From contig CAYRTD010000003.1 in the NCBI GenBank assembly GCA_964426915.1, positions 67 through 64,066 of the forward strand: DNA of 64,000 nt, in the 5' to 3' direction. Within the stretch, counting starts at the first letter, position 1. Every line of letters starts with the position of its first letter. Under the pieces are notes generated by a model that was not told the origin of the DNA, ran no database searches, and saw only the letters and a program-made list of their open reading frames with translations. The translations under genes were made by a program, and so were the position numbers. Source of the stretch: an uncultured Bacteroidaceae bacterium (GTDB lineage Bacteria > Bacteroidota > Bacteroidia > Bacteroidales > GCA-2748055). This document shows, piece by piece, positions 27,807-37,709 of the stretch.

Positions 27807-29150
27807 ATGAACAAGTTGATCACCATATATCTCATCGCATTTTTTTTATCTTTGAATGTCAGGGCACAGGAAGAAAGTCTCTGGACGCTGGAGAGATGCA
27901 TAAATTATGCTCTTGAAAATAATCTGGACATAAAACGACAGGAATTGCAGACCAGTTTATCGGAAAAAGATTACCAGCAGGATAAATTTAACCTGTTACC
28001 AAGTGTAGGAGCCGGAATTGAACATCAGTTCAGCACAGGCCGCTCACTCAATATTGAGAATTATGAGTGGGAAGACCGGAGTAAGCAACAGGGATCTGCA
28101 GGAATAAGAGGTGATCTTACGCTTTTTAAAGGTTTGACAAACTATAATTCCATTCAAAGGGGGAAGTTTCTTTTTCTCAGCAGTGAAGCTGATCTTGAAA
28201 ATTTAAAAAATGAAATGACTCTAAATCTTGCCGCTTATTATCTTGATATTCTTTTTGCTGAGGAATTGCTGGATGTTGCTGAGAGTCAGTATGAGATTAC
28301 ACGACTGCAGGTTGAAAGGAGTAAAAAAATGGTGGAGGTGGGTAATTCAGCCAAATCTGAATTACTCGAAATTAAAGCTCAGGCTGCATCTGAAAAGCTG
28401 AAAGTAACTGAAGCTAAAAATGCGCTGGAAATGACCATCCTCGATCTTACACAATTGCTCGACCTGGATTCGGTTGGAAATTTTGGAGTATATAAACCTG
28501 ATATTAATATAGAATTATTGCAGGCCCCTCCTTCAGTCGCTGAGATATATGAAAATGCTGTGATTTCCATGCCTGAGATCAAATCTGCCGAATACCTTAC
28601 CAAAGCTCAGAAAAAAGCAGTAGCAATTGCACAAGGCGCCCGCTCACCAGAGATCAGCCTCAGTGGTTTATACTATTCGCGATATCTTGTCGATGCTGTT
28701 AATCCGATTGACGCAGCTGCGGGTTATTCTCTTGAAGAACAGCTGGAGGATAATCAGTATAAACAGCTTACCATAAACATGAGTATCCCCATTTTCTCAA
28801 AGTTTCAGACACATACCAATATCAGTAAATCCAGGATTTTACTGGAAGATTATAATTACATGCTGGAGCAGGAAAAACAGGTCCTTTATAAGAAAATACA
28901 GCAATATCATGCAAATGCAGGTGCCGCTTATGAAAATTATTTATCGGCTCTTGAAGCTGTTACTTCCAATGAGGAAGCATTTAAGTATACAGAACAGAAA
29001 TTCGAGATCGGCCTGGTGAACTCTGTTGATTTTAATGTTGCGAAAACCAATCTTGCAAAAGCAAAATCAGACCTTGCGCAGGCAAAATATGAATATATAT
29101 TCAAAATAAAGATCCTCGATTTTTACCAGGGCAAACCCGTTCAATTATAA
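27807..29150 (+). CDS. TolC-family outer-membrane efflux protein
   Basis: 447 aa with a signal peptide. N-terminus LTLERCINYALENNLDIK and the duplicated coiled-coil/beta-barrel repeat layout are typical of the TolC/OprM family. Confidence 0.88.
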   Translation: MNKLITIYLIAFFLSLNVRAQEESLWTLERCINYALENNLDIKRQELQTSLSEKDYQQDKFNLLPSVGAGIEHQFSTGRSLNIENYEWEDRSKQQGSAGIRGDLTLFKGLTNYNSIQRGKFLFLSSEADLENLKNEMTLNLAAYYLDILFAEELLDVAESQYEITRLQVERSKKMVEVGNSAKSELLEIKAQAASEKLKVTEAKNALEMTILDLTQLLDLDSVGNFGVYKPDINIELLQAPPSVAEIYENAVISMPEIKSAEYLTKAQKKAVAIAQGARSPEISLSGLYYSRYLVDAVNPIDAAAGYSLEEQLEDNQYKQLTINMSIPIFSKFQTHTNISKSRILLEDYNYMLEQEKQVLYKKIQQYHANAGAAYENYLSALEAVTSNEEAFKYTEQKFEIGLVNSVDFNVAKTNLAKAKSDLAQAKYEYIFKIKILDFYQGKPVQL

Positions 29151-29175
29151 TTACCTGCCGTTAATCCGGTATTAT

Positions 29176-29208
29176 AAAAAACCATTTCATTTTTGAAGTG
29201 GTTTTTTT
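29176..29208 (+). terminator. Rho-independent terminator after the TolC gene
   Basis: AAAAACCATTTCA-TTTT-TGAAGTGGTTTTTTT: a hairpin with one G.U pair, flanked by an A-run and a T-run. Confidence 0.65.
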
Positions 29209-29379
29209 GATAGATTTTTCCAGTCGGAAATCCGGAAAATTCCTGTTGAGTTATTAATTCTTTCCAGGTTCATCTGAACTTTTTTGTTCATGAGGCTAAT
29301 CATTTTAAAGAGCTTTCAATTTGTAAGTAACCCAAAACTAAAAAACACTTTTTACATAGACTCCTTTGGCAATAGTGCA

Positions 29380-29877
29380 CTATATTATCTTTAACTCCAT
29401 ACACCTGAAAGGGTCTTTCTGGTACTCAAAATGAAGATTGCCGGCACTCTCATACCCGCATTTTTCATATAATCTCAATGCCGATGGATTTCTGGTAATT
29501 GCATCGAGACGGATGGAATTAAAATGTTTTTTCTTTGCATACTCATAAGCAAAAACCATCAGTTTTTCTGCAATTTTCATATTTCTCCAGACCGGATGAA
29601 CAGCCATCCTATGAACAATCAGGGATGGACCCTGATACTTCCATTCTATCTCGTTATATCCCTCCGGTTCCACGGTGTTAAGGCAAACAACACCAATGCT
29701 TGTAAAGTAGTGCTGATAAAGAAACAGCTCCCCCTTAACAATATCCGACTCAACTTCAGAGGCGTCCGGATAAGCAGTATTCCAGTTATAAAGACCATTT
29801 TTGTTCATGCCCGGAATACAGCTTTTGTAAATATTCAGGGCCTCAATCAGATGAAAAGTTTTTGCCTGAAGGATCAT
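29380..29877 (-). CDS. GNAT-family N-acetyltransferase
   Basis: 165 aa. The acetyl-CoA-binding-like core is VHPVWRNMKIAEKLMVFAYEYAKKKHFNSIRLDA. Overlaps the upstream gene by 4 nt. Confidence 0.75.
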   Translation of the reverse strand: MILQAKTFHLIEALNIYKSCIPGMNKNGLYNWNTAYPDASEVESDIVKGELFLYQHYFTSIGVVCLNTVEPEGYNEIEWKYQGPSLIVHRMAVHPVWRNMKIAEKLMVFAYEYAKKKHFNSIRLDAITRNPSALRLYEKCGYESAGNLHFEYQKDPFRCMELKII

Positions 29878-31526
29878 AGATCGCTGTTTTCCGATGAAAA
29901 TACTTTTTCACCTGCCACCCGGGTTTCAATGACCCGGATTTTATATAATTCATTTTCTTCTGCCTTCATAATGTCATCTTCCAGTATTACGAAATCCGCT
30001 ACTTTTCCTGCTTCAAGACTTCCTTTTTCATCTTCTTCGAATGCGGCTTTTGCTGCCCATATAGTCATCGCTCTGAGAGCCTGTTCTCGGTTTAAGGCTT
30101 CTCCGGTCTGAAATCCGTCTTCCGGATATCCTTTTTGATCTTTCCTTACTACAGCCGCATAGAATCCAAGTAGTGGATTGATATCTTCGACTGGAAAATC
30201 ACTTCCGTTAGGAAGCCATCCATTTTGTTCCAGAAGGGTTTTGAATGCATAGGCATATTCCATTCTTTCACCCAACCTTTGACCGGCCCAGTACATGTCG
30301 GATGTGGCATGTGTGCTCTGTATGGACGGAATTACCGAATATTTTCTGAATAGGCCAAAATCATCCGGATGAATAACCTGGGCATGTTCGATTCTCCAGC
30401 GTTTATCATTTTTTTTGTTGAGTATACCGCCGTAAATACTTAACATCAGGCGGTTTGCGCCATCACCTATGCAATGAGTATTTACCTGGTAGCCACATGA
30501 ATCGGCAAGCCTGGAAATTCTGGTGAGGTATTCTTCTGATGCAATAAGAAGGCCCTTGTTACCCGGATCATCAGAATAATCATTTATCATCTTAGCCCCC
30601 CTTGATCCTAATGCCCCATCGGCATATAATTTCACGGAAGCTACATGCAGCTTGTCTGTTTTATATATCCCCTTATACATATACTCTTCGAAGTTTTCCT
30701 CTGTAGGATTCAGCATAGCATAAATCCGCATTTTAAGCTTACCGGATTTATTCAGCTCATCAATAGTTTTGATAATACTCTTTTCTAGGCCGGCATCATG
30801 AACCGAGGTTAGACCAACAGCAAAACAACTTTCCTGAGCAGAGATCAGCGATTGTGTGATCTCTTTTTTACCCGGTTGCGGTATGTTTTTTCTTACAAGT
30901 TCTATCGCATTGTCAATAAGTACTCCTGTAAGCCTCCCGTTCTTTTTCATTATATCACCTCCGGTGACTTCAGTTTCCGGATTAATGGCTGCAATTTCCA
31001 GTGCTTTGGTATTGGCTACGGCAGCATGCCCGTCAATACGCCTTATCAGAACAGGTCTGTTGGGGAAAAGACTGTCCAGTTTGCTGTTATCGGGAAATTC
31101 TTTCATTTCCCAGTCATTTTGATCCCATCCCATTCCGGTAATCCATCCATCAGGATAATTATCAGCATGTCCGGATAATCTTTCCAGCACTTCCTCAAAG
31201 GATGATGTTCCGAATAAATTTGCCTCCCGGAGTGTGGTGCCATAACCGTAGAAATGACAGTGAGGATCAATAAATCCGGGATAAACAGGCTTTTCGCCAA
31301 GATCAAGTATTTCTTCTGACTCGTACTTTTCTGCTATATCCTCATTACTTCCCATGGCGAGAATTTTTCCGTCCTCTATTGCCATGCTTTCGTAAATGTC
31401 AAAGTTTTCATTGACAGTGTATATTTTTGCGTTTTTGATTATCATATCAGTGGGCGTTTTGTGGTTGCAGCCATAAAAAAGAGCAATTACAAACAGTATA
31501 ATTGTATTGAATTTCATTGAATTCAT
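29874..31526 (-). CDS. Amidohydrolase-family metal-dependent hydrolase (YtcJ-like, secreted or lipoprotein)
   Basis: 550 aa. HxH metal motif GFIDPHCHF and a C-terminal block (GSLEAGKVADFVIL) typical of the amidohydrolase_3 family. Signal/lipobox LFYGC. Confidence 0.85.
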   Translation of the reverse strand: MNSMKFNTIILFVIALFYGCNHKTPTDMIIKNAKIYTVNENFDIYESMAIEDGKILAMGSNEDIAEKYESEEILDLGEKPVYPGFIDPHCHFYGYGTTLREANLFGTSSFEEVLERLSGHADNYPDGWITGMGWDQNDWEMKEFPDNSKLDSLFPNRPVLIRRIDGHAAVANTKALEIAAINPETEVTGGDIMKKNGRLTGVLIDNAIELVRKNIPQPGKKEITQSLISAQESCFAVGLTSVHDAGLEKSIIKTIDELNKSGKLKMRIYAMLNPTEENFEEYMYKGIYKTDKLHVASVKLYADGALGSRGAKMINDYSDDPGNKGLLIASEEYLTRISRLADSCGYQVNTHCIGDGANRLMLSIYGGILNKKNDKRWRIEHAQVIHPDDFGLFRKYSVIPSIQSTHATSDMYWAGQRLGERMEYAYAFKTLLEQNGWLPNGSDFPVEDINPLLGFYAAVVRKDQKGYPEDGFQTGEALNREQALRAMTIWAAKAAFEEDEKGSLEAGKVADFVILEDDIMKAEENELYKIRVIETRVAGEKVFSSENSDL

Positions 31527-31632
31527 ATTTAATTGAAAGTATCCAAAATTCTTTTCGATTTATTTCTCCAAATATAAAGAATCATATTTACTTCTGCTTT
31601 GAGGGATTTGAAAATATCACTTTTTATCTATT

Positions 31633-31688
31633 GTGCAGTTGTGCAGTTGTGCAGTTGTGCAGTTGTGCAGTTGTGCGGTTGTGCAGTT
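31633..31688. repeat. Tandem 8-bp repeat (GTGCAGTT) x7
   Basis: Seven head-to-tail copies, one of them a variant (GTGCGGTT). Located in the amidohydrolase upstream region, directly abutting the inverted-repeat element at 31691. Confidence 0.95.
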
Positions 31689-31690
31689 AT

Positions 31691-31766
31691 GTCTGTCCAT
31701 AATGTCAGTGAGACTATGATTTTGGTTTTTCAAAATCATTTAGTCGAACTGACATTATGGACAGAC
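31691..31766. repeat. 76-bp hairpin element with 18-bp perfect terminal inverted repeats (GTCTGTCCATAATGTCAG); MITE-like or REP-like
   Basis: Left arm 31691-31708 is the exact reverse complement of right arm 31749-31766. An inner 9-bp inverted repeat ATGATTTTG/CAAAATCAT is also present. The arm sequence recurs as single copies after several stop codons elsewhere in the window. Confidence 0.8.
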
Positions 31767-31818
31767 ACTAATTTGGAAACTCTTATCTTTAAAAAAAAAT
31801 AATCGCAATCCGAAATGT

Positions 31819-34800
31819 TTACTTTATGCTGATTTTGGACTGATAGAGCTTTTCTGCCATTACTTTTATAAAATATAATCCTTCGGGAAGGTTCCCTCGT
31901 TGAAGAACATAGCTATTTCCGGCTTCGATAAACGTATCGCTCATTACTTTTCCCTGCAGATTGTAGATAATGATCCTTGCAGGTCCTGACTCCCCGGAAC
32001 CCCAGCTTATTCTTGCCTCTGTATGGAAAGGATTGGGATAAATCACAAGATTTTCGTATTCATTTTCGGGCATGCCGGTTCGGAGGGTATTGTCTTCCAG
32101 ATTAGAGAGTGAGTGCACAAAAGGTCCTGAACCGGCTTTTTTTCCGTCCTCCGAAGTAACAAAACAGGCATCCGGTTTACGTGCTTCAATTTTATAGAAC
32201 ATCCTGTCCCCCGGTTCAGTATCGTTCCACTCTGTAAAACTACCGGATATTTTGAATACCACTTCCATTTCATCAACCCGGGCCCCGGCCCATATATAAT
32301 ACCATACAGGATCAAATATTTCGCTTTCATCGATATAAGGGGTCCAGTTGAGTACGTTAGTTCCTGGAACCACTCCTTCAGAAGACCCAAGGTGGATGGT
32401 CTGATGAAAGCTGGAAAAATCCGATTCATTACCGCAGGTATCGATAACTGTGATAGCATACCGGGCAGCAAGGGCATCGGGATTTGAGTTATAGTCTTTA
32501 AAGTAGGAATACCTTGCATCGTAGGGCACATTTCCGATAGGCACATAATTATTTCCATAGAGTTTGTAGATATTATAGGACTCTATTCCTGACCTTTCAG
32601 TACGTTCCCATATGATCATGTTTTTATTTTCAACTGAATCGACGGTTACCATACAGATTTCCGCATCCGGATAAGGCTCTGTTGCAGTGATAATTGCAGT
32701 ATCAGATACCGTTGTGCATTGTCCGTTCGAAACCGTTGCATAAAAAATTCCGGATGTATCCGTAAATATCCGATTTTTCTGTAAACCGTTATTCCAGGAA
32801 TATGTGTAATCCAGTACCGGATTATAATTCTGTAATTCGAGGGAAATCTCCTGATAATCGCCCTTGCATATAGAGTTTTCCCCTGTGGGATTAATCTTTA
32901 ACGCAGGTGATTCAAGTACCGACACAGTCTTAATAATCTCTGAGGAGACATTGTCATTATAAACTTTCAGCCTTACGGCATATTTCCCCTGCTCACTGAA
33001 TTGATGTTCGATGTCTTTTGTGGTATAATCTATGATTCCGTCATTATTGATATCCCATTCATACCTGCTGAGTTCATCAATGTTCGTGCTTGTATTGCTT
33101 ATAATGGTTGGTTCGGGCAGACAGGTTACCGGGGTTTCGAAATTGGGTTCGGGTGAAGCAATGGTGAGTTTGGTAACTCCGAAATATCCGGAGGCAAACC
33201 AGATATTCCCTTCTTTATCAACTGAAATATTATCGACATAATTTTCAATAAGACCATCATCTACGGTAAATGTCCGCATTTCTGATCCGTTAAATTTAGC
33301 TCCTCCTGAAGAACTGCCCATCCATATATTTCCATGATTATCTGCTGTAATCCTATTATAAAACGCAGGTGTGGGGTAATTCTCAAAACTCTCCTTGCTG
33401 AATTTTGAAAGGTTCCCTCCGGAAAGTATCCAAAGCGTACCTTCTTTATCAAAGCTAAGGCCAGAGCAATTATTTGAGGGTAGACCATCGGTAGTAGTAT
33501 AGTTCGTTCCGTTAAAATTTGAATAATTCAGATATCCTGCCCCTCCGTTGGAAGTGCTGTACCATATCCTATTGTCACCTTTTACTGCCACACCGGTTAC
33601 GTCATTTACCGGCAGGGTGCTGTTAGATGTAGTAGCCTGGTTATGAAAACTACTATTTGCATTAAACAAGAAAATTCCATTTTGGGTAGCAATCCAGAAA
33701 ATATTGCCGGTATCATCAAAACAGACATCCTTTACGAACATGTCAGCCCATTCTACGTCAATTACACCGGAAATAACATGGCAGGTTGCATTATCATCCG
33801 GATCAAGTTTTATGACTTTTAATTTTTTATCGTGTCCCAGGAATGCAAACCAGGTATTGTCGTATTTGTCAACGGCAAGATGTTTAATCCAGCCATAGCC
33901 GCAGCCATCATTCGCATAAAACTCGTTGAAAAAACCCCCGTCATAATCTATCACATAGCTATACTGTCCAAGCATACGCGCGCTTCCGTCACTCAAAAAT
34001 CCGATGTCTTCCACATAATTACTTTGAACTGCATTGACTTCAATCCTCGGAGTCCAGCCGGTATGAGAATCATTAACCTTTGAAAGACCATTATAACTCC
34101 CAAGCCAGATGGTCCCATTGGCGTCTGCCATGATATCGATGATCATATCAATCCTGTCTCCGGATTCTCCTGATTTAATGGGCCCGTTAAAGATACTGCC
34201 ATCATACTTGTATGCTCCGGCTGCAGTGCCGAACCAGATAATGCCATCCTTATCAATAGTTATGCTGTATATGTTCGCTGGGATAGAAGAACTGTAATTA
34301 AACCACTGATTTTTGTTCTGATCATATTTTAACAGACCTCCATAGAAAGCTATCCAGATGTTTCCCTTCAGATCTTTTGCCAGATCGAAGGGGCCTGCAT
34401 CCTGACCGAGAATATTCCAGGGATCAGAGATCTCACTGACCTCTCCTTCTGCGTTCATCTTCCACAAAGCTCCGTTTATGCCGGGAACCCCAAACCACAT
34501 GTTCCCAAGATCGTCGCTCAGTATAGACCCCACATACCATGCCCCATTCAGATCTATTAACTCCCAGTCTTTACCATCATATTTTACAACCATTCCGTCA
34601 TTGACACTAAACCATATATTCCCATTAATGTCCTCGGTAATGGTTTTGCATCGCCAGATTCTCTGCCCGTCTATATTGTTGATGGTTAACCACTCATTGC
34701 CATCAAAACGTGAAATGCCCCCCTGATAGGTTCCATACCAGTAATTTCCATGGAAGTCTATATACACAGCCTCCACTACATTTCTGGCAATTCCACTATT

Positions 34801-35007
34801 GCGGGTGTTAAAGACAGTTACCAGGGATCCGTCACTCTTCTTTCTTTTAAAAACTCCCCCCGAGGTACATACCCATATATGATCCCCTTCTTCCGCAAGA
34901 GAATTTATCTGATTCATGTCTGTGTAATTGGTAACCTTATATTGTGCCCGCAGTGGTAAAATAAAAATGAAAACAATCATTGCAGTGAAAATGATCTTTT
35001 TTTTCAT
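31819..35007 (-). CDS. T9SS-secreted protein with two-component-regulator-propeller-like beta-propeller repeats, a PKD-like domain and a C-terminal sorting domain
   Basis: 1062 aa with a signal peptide. Contains many repeats of the type G.IWFGT..GL..YD, a PKD-like segment (YEWDINNDGIIDYTTKDIEHQFSEQGKYAVRLKVYN) and a T9SS CTD (IYPNPFHTEARISW..IIIYNLQGKVM..GLYFIKV). Confidence 0.8.
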   Translation of the reverse strand: MKKKIIFTAMIVFIFILPLRAQYKVTNYTDMNQINSLAEEGDHIWVCTSGGVFKRKKSDGSLVTVFNTRNSGIARNVVEAVYIDFHGNYWYGTYQGGISRFDGNEWLTINNIDGQRIWRCKTITEDINGNIWFSVNDGMVVKYDGKDWELIDLNGAWYVGSILSDDLGNMWFGVPGINGALWKMNAEGEVSEISDPWNILGQDAGPFDLAKDLKGNIWIAFYGGLLKYDQNKNQWFNYSSSIPANIYSITIDKDGIIWFGTAAGAYKYDGSIFNGPIKSGESGDRIDMIIDIMADANGTIWLGSYNGLSKVNDSHTGWTPRIEVNAVQSNYVEDIGFLSDGSARMLGQYSYVIDYDGGFFNEFYANDGCGYGWIKHLAVDKYDNTWFAFLGHDKKLKVIKLDPDDNATCHVISGVIDVEWADMFVKDVCFDDTGNIFWIATQNGIFLFNANSSFHNQATTSNSTLPVNDVTGVAVKGDNRIWYSTSNGGAGYLNYSNFNGTNYTTTDGLPSNNCSGLSFDKEGTLWILSGGNLSKFSKESFENYPTPAFYNRITADNHGNIWMGSSSGGAKFNGSEMRTFTVDDGLIENYVDNISVDKEGNIWFASGYFGVTKLTIASPEPNFETPVTCLPEPTIISNTSTNIDELSRYEWDINNDGIIDYTTKDIEHQFSEQGKYAVRLKVYNDNVSSEIIKTVSVLESPALKINPTGENSICKGDYQEISLELQNYNPVLDYTYSWNNGLQKNRIFTDTSGIFYATVSNGQCTTVSDTAIITATEPYPDAEICMVTVDSVENKNMIIWERTERSGIESYNIYKLYGNNYVPIGNVPYDARYSYFKDYNSNPDALAARYAITVIDTCGNESDFSSFHQTIHLGSSEGVVPGTNVLNWTPYIDESEIFDPVWYYIWAGARVDEMEVVFKISGSFTEWNDTEPGDRMFYKIEARKPDACFVTSEDGKKAGSGPFVHSLSNLEDNTLRTGMPENEYENLVIYPNPFHTEARISWGSGESGPARIIIYNLQGKVMSDTFIEAGNSYVLQRGNLPEGLYFIKVMAEKLYQSKISIK

Positions 35008-35104
35008 GGAGTAAGATTTTTGAATGAGTTTTTTTCTGCAGGTAAATTATTTGATACAATCAAATTATGTATTCCACGTTACTTTTACAGATTAAAGCTT
35101 ATTT

Positions 35105-36556
35105 TTGTTTCATCCTTATATGAAGATTCGATATTTCATAGTAATTGTTTCTGTAATTTTCGCTTCTCTGTCATGTGAAAGAGAGGGCTTTATTACAGAT
35201 CCGGATGCCTCGCTCAGGTTTTCATCTGATACTTTATATTTTGATACGGTGTTTACTACCCTGAGTACCATTACCAAAAGTTTTACCATACACAATCCTC
35301 ACAAGGATTTCCTTAAAATTTCCCGCATACGGCTCGCCAAGGGTGAAAACTCTGTTTTCAGAATAAATCTTGACGGAGTTCCTGGAATTGATTTTGAAAA
35401 TATTGAAATACCACCGAAGGATTCCATCTACGTCTTCGTGGATGCCACACTCGATCCCAATAATTCAGATAACATCATGCTGCAGCAGGATTCCGTAGTG
35501 ACGGAAACAAACGGAAATGTTCAGGATATTGATATTGTGGCCTGGGGGCAGGATGTGCATATGATTAGGGGGGAAGTCCTTACCACCCAAACATGGGTGA
35601 ATGATAAACCTTACCTGATCATTGATTATGCCCTTGTTGATTCGCTGGAAGTTCTTACCATGGATCCCGGGGTACGAGTATATCTTCACAGAGATGCAGT
35701 ATTTGCTGTTGGAGGAACCCTTATTGCCAATGGTGAAAAAGATATGCCTGTAAGCTTCAGCGGTGACCGTCTTGAGAAAATGTATGAAGATATTCCGGGG
35801 CAGTGGGGAGGGATATATTTTTTTGCAGGTACACGTGATAACAGGCTTAACTATACAGAAGTCAGAGGAGGGAATTTTGGAATGATCGTGGATACGACCA
35901 TGAATGAAAATCCAACCCTGGAAATCACCAATTCATTAATTGCACATATGAGTTCGGTAGGTTTGCTGGCTCGGGGAGCAAAAATCAAGGGAGTGAATAA
36001 CCTGATTTATAATTGTGGTTCAAGTGCACTTGCTCTTACCATCGGGGGAAGCTACGAATTCTATCACTGTACAATTGCCGGCCGCTGGGGTTATTCGCCA
36101 CCACGTACAGATCCTTCCGTATTTATATCAAACTATTATTATTATAATGATACACTAAGTACCGGCGATGTTGTTTCCAAGCCCGAAATTCGGGATATTG
36201 AAAAGGCCTATTTTGGAAATTGTATCATATGGGGAGATATGGAGAATGAGCTGATCATTGATAAATTTCCTGATATTGGTACATTTAATTATAAATTTGA
36301 AAACTGCCTGGGAAAATTTAATCAGGATGGTTTTGAGTTTAATTTTACCGATTTCCCGAATCTGATCAAAAAATATCCTGAGTTTATATCCTGGAATGAA
36401 TATGATTTTCAGCTTGATACACTTTCTCCAGCTAAAGACGCCGGAAATGAATTGACGGGAGAATTATATCCTCTGGACCGAAACAGAAACAGCCGCATTG
36501 AAGATGGTAAGCCGGATATTGGAGCTTATGAGAGGGTAGAGGAAGGCTCTGATTAA
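35105..36556 (+). CDS. Hypothetical lipoprotein (possible beta-sandwich plus parallel beta-helix)
   Basis: 483 aa with a TTG start. Lipobox VIFASLSC. No catalytic motif recognised, and the fold suggestion is weak. Confidence 0.55.
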   Translation: MFHPYMKIRYFIVIVSVIFASLSCEREGFITDPDASLRFSSDTLYFDTVFTTLSTITKSFTIHNPHKDFLKISRIRLAKGENSVFRINLDGVPGIDFENIEIPPKDSIYVFVDATLDPNNSDNIMLQQDSVVTETNGNVQDIDIVAWGQDVHMIRGEVLTTQTWVNDKPYLIIDYALVDSLEVLTMDPGVRVYLHRDAVFAVGGTLIANGEKDMPVSFSGDRLEKMYEDIPGQWGGIYFFAGTRDNRLNYTEVRGGNFGMIVDTTMNENPTLEITNSLIAHMSSVGLLARGAKIKGVNNLIYNCGSSALALTIGGSYEFYHCTIAGRWGYSPPRTDPSVFISNYYYYNDTLSTGDVVSKPEIRDIEKAYFGNCIIWGDMENELIIDKFPDIGTFNYKFENCLGKFNQDGFEFNFTDFPNLIKKYPEFISWNEYDFQLDTLSPAKDAGNELTGELYPLDRNRNSRIEDGKPDIGAYERVEEGSD

Positions 36557-36725
36557 TGGCTGTCCATATACGAGGCCGTCTAAAAAGTATTTTAAGTTCT
36601 TTTAAAATGATTATTACTTCTTAGACAGCCTCCGGGATAAAGTCTTTCCTGTAAAATTTTTTCTGTTATCTTTTCAAAAAAACGCTGAGATTTCCCCTTT
36701 TTCTGTATTAAGAGTAAAAAGATGA

Positions 36726-37709
36726 ATGATGAATAAATACATATTATTCTTCGTTTTGTTTTTTGCATTACAATATTTGAGAGCTGAGGAGGAGGACAGC
36801 CTGGTATTTTTTTTCTGGAATGTTGAAAACCTGTTTCACCCTGAGGACGATTCGACGACGCTGGATGACGAATTTACACCGGAAGGAGACAGGCACTGGA
36901 GCTGGTACCGTTATTATGCCAAGACGGCCAGAATTTGGAAGACGATTATTGCAGCAGGAAATACCAGACCTCCTCCCGTTATCTGCCTGGCTGAAATAGA
37001 AAATGCACAGGTGTTAAAAGATCTTTTTGTTTTCTCGCCTCCCGGGAAATATGGCTATGAGATTATCCATAAAGAATCTGATGACCGGAGAGGAATAGAT
37101 GTAGGAATACTATACGATCCGGAAAGGATTTCATTAATCCGCTCCCGCTGGATAAGGGTTAATCTGGAAGAAATAGGGGGAGGTCCCACCCGCGATATTC
37201 TTTTTGCCTGTTTTCAGTGGAAAAATGATAACTTTTGCCTGTTTTTAAATCACTGGCCAAGCAAATACGGAGGAGCCGGTATTACGGAAAAGTACCGGAT
37301 GAAAGCTTCTGCAACGCTTGTCAATGAGTTGAAAAGTGTAAATGCAGATTTCCCTGAATTGAAGATCATTTGTCTGGGAGATTTCAATGATACCAGGGAA
37401 AGTTTTTCACATAAATTCCTGGAGAAAGAAGGAGATATGTGTCCACTTTCTTTTAGGAGCGGGGAAATCGGTGGGACTTTGAAGTACCAGGGGACCTGGC
37501 AGTTTATTGACCATGTATTTGTGAGCCGGAATCTGCTGGATCCGGGCCGGGGAATGAGGGTAAAGAACTGCCGTATTTTTTCGCCGTCTTTTTTATTGGA
37601 ACCCGATTTGAAATACGGAGGGAGAAAGCCCTATAGAACATGGTATGGATTTACTTACAGAGAAGGCTTCAGTGATCATTTACCTGTTATGCTTACTCTT
37701 TCTTTTTAA
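36726..37709 (+). CDS. Endonuclease/exonuclease/phosphatase (EEP) family protein, secreted
   Basis: 327 aa with a signal peptide. EEP-like blocks FWNVENLF, ICLAEIEN, GDFND and SDHLPV. Confidence 0.8.
   Translation: MMNKYILFFVLFFALQYLRAEEEDSLVFFFWNVENLFHPEDDSTTLDDEFTPEGDRHWSWYRYYAKTARIWKTIIAAGNTRPPPVICLAEIENAQVLKDLFVFSPPGKYGYEIIHKESDDRRGIDVGILYDPERISLIRSRWIRVNLEEIGGGPTRDILFACFQWKNDNFCLFLNHWPSKYGGAGITEKYRMKASATLVNELKSVNADFPELKIICLGDFNDTRESFSHKFLEKEGDMCPLSFRSGEIGGTLKYQGTWQFIDHVFVSRNLLDPGRGMRVKNCRIFSPSFLLEPDLKYGGRKPYRTWYGFTYREGFSDHLPVMLTLSF

Noticed and set aside
31517-31802. ORFs 31517..31702 and 31599..31802 (+), with CAVVQLCSCAVVQLC.. repeats.
   Set aside because: These are artefacts of the GTGCAGTT tandem array and the adjacent hairpin element.
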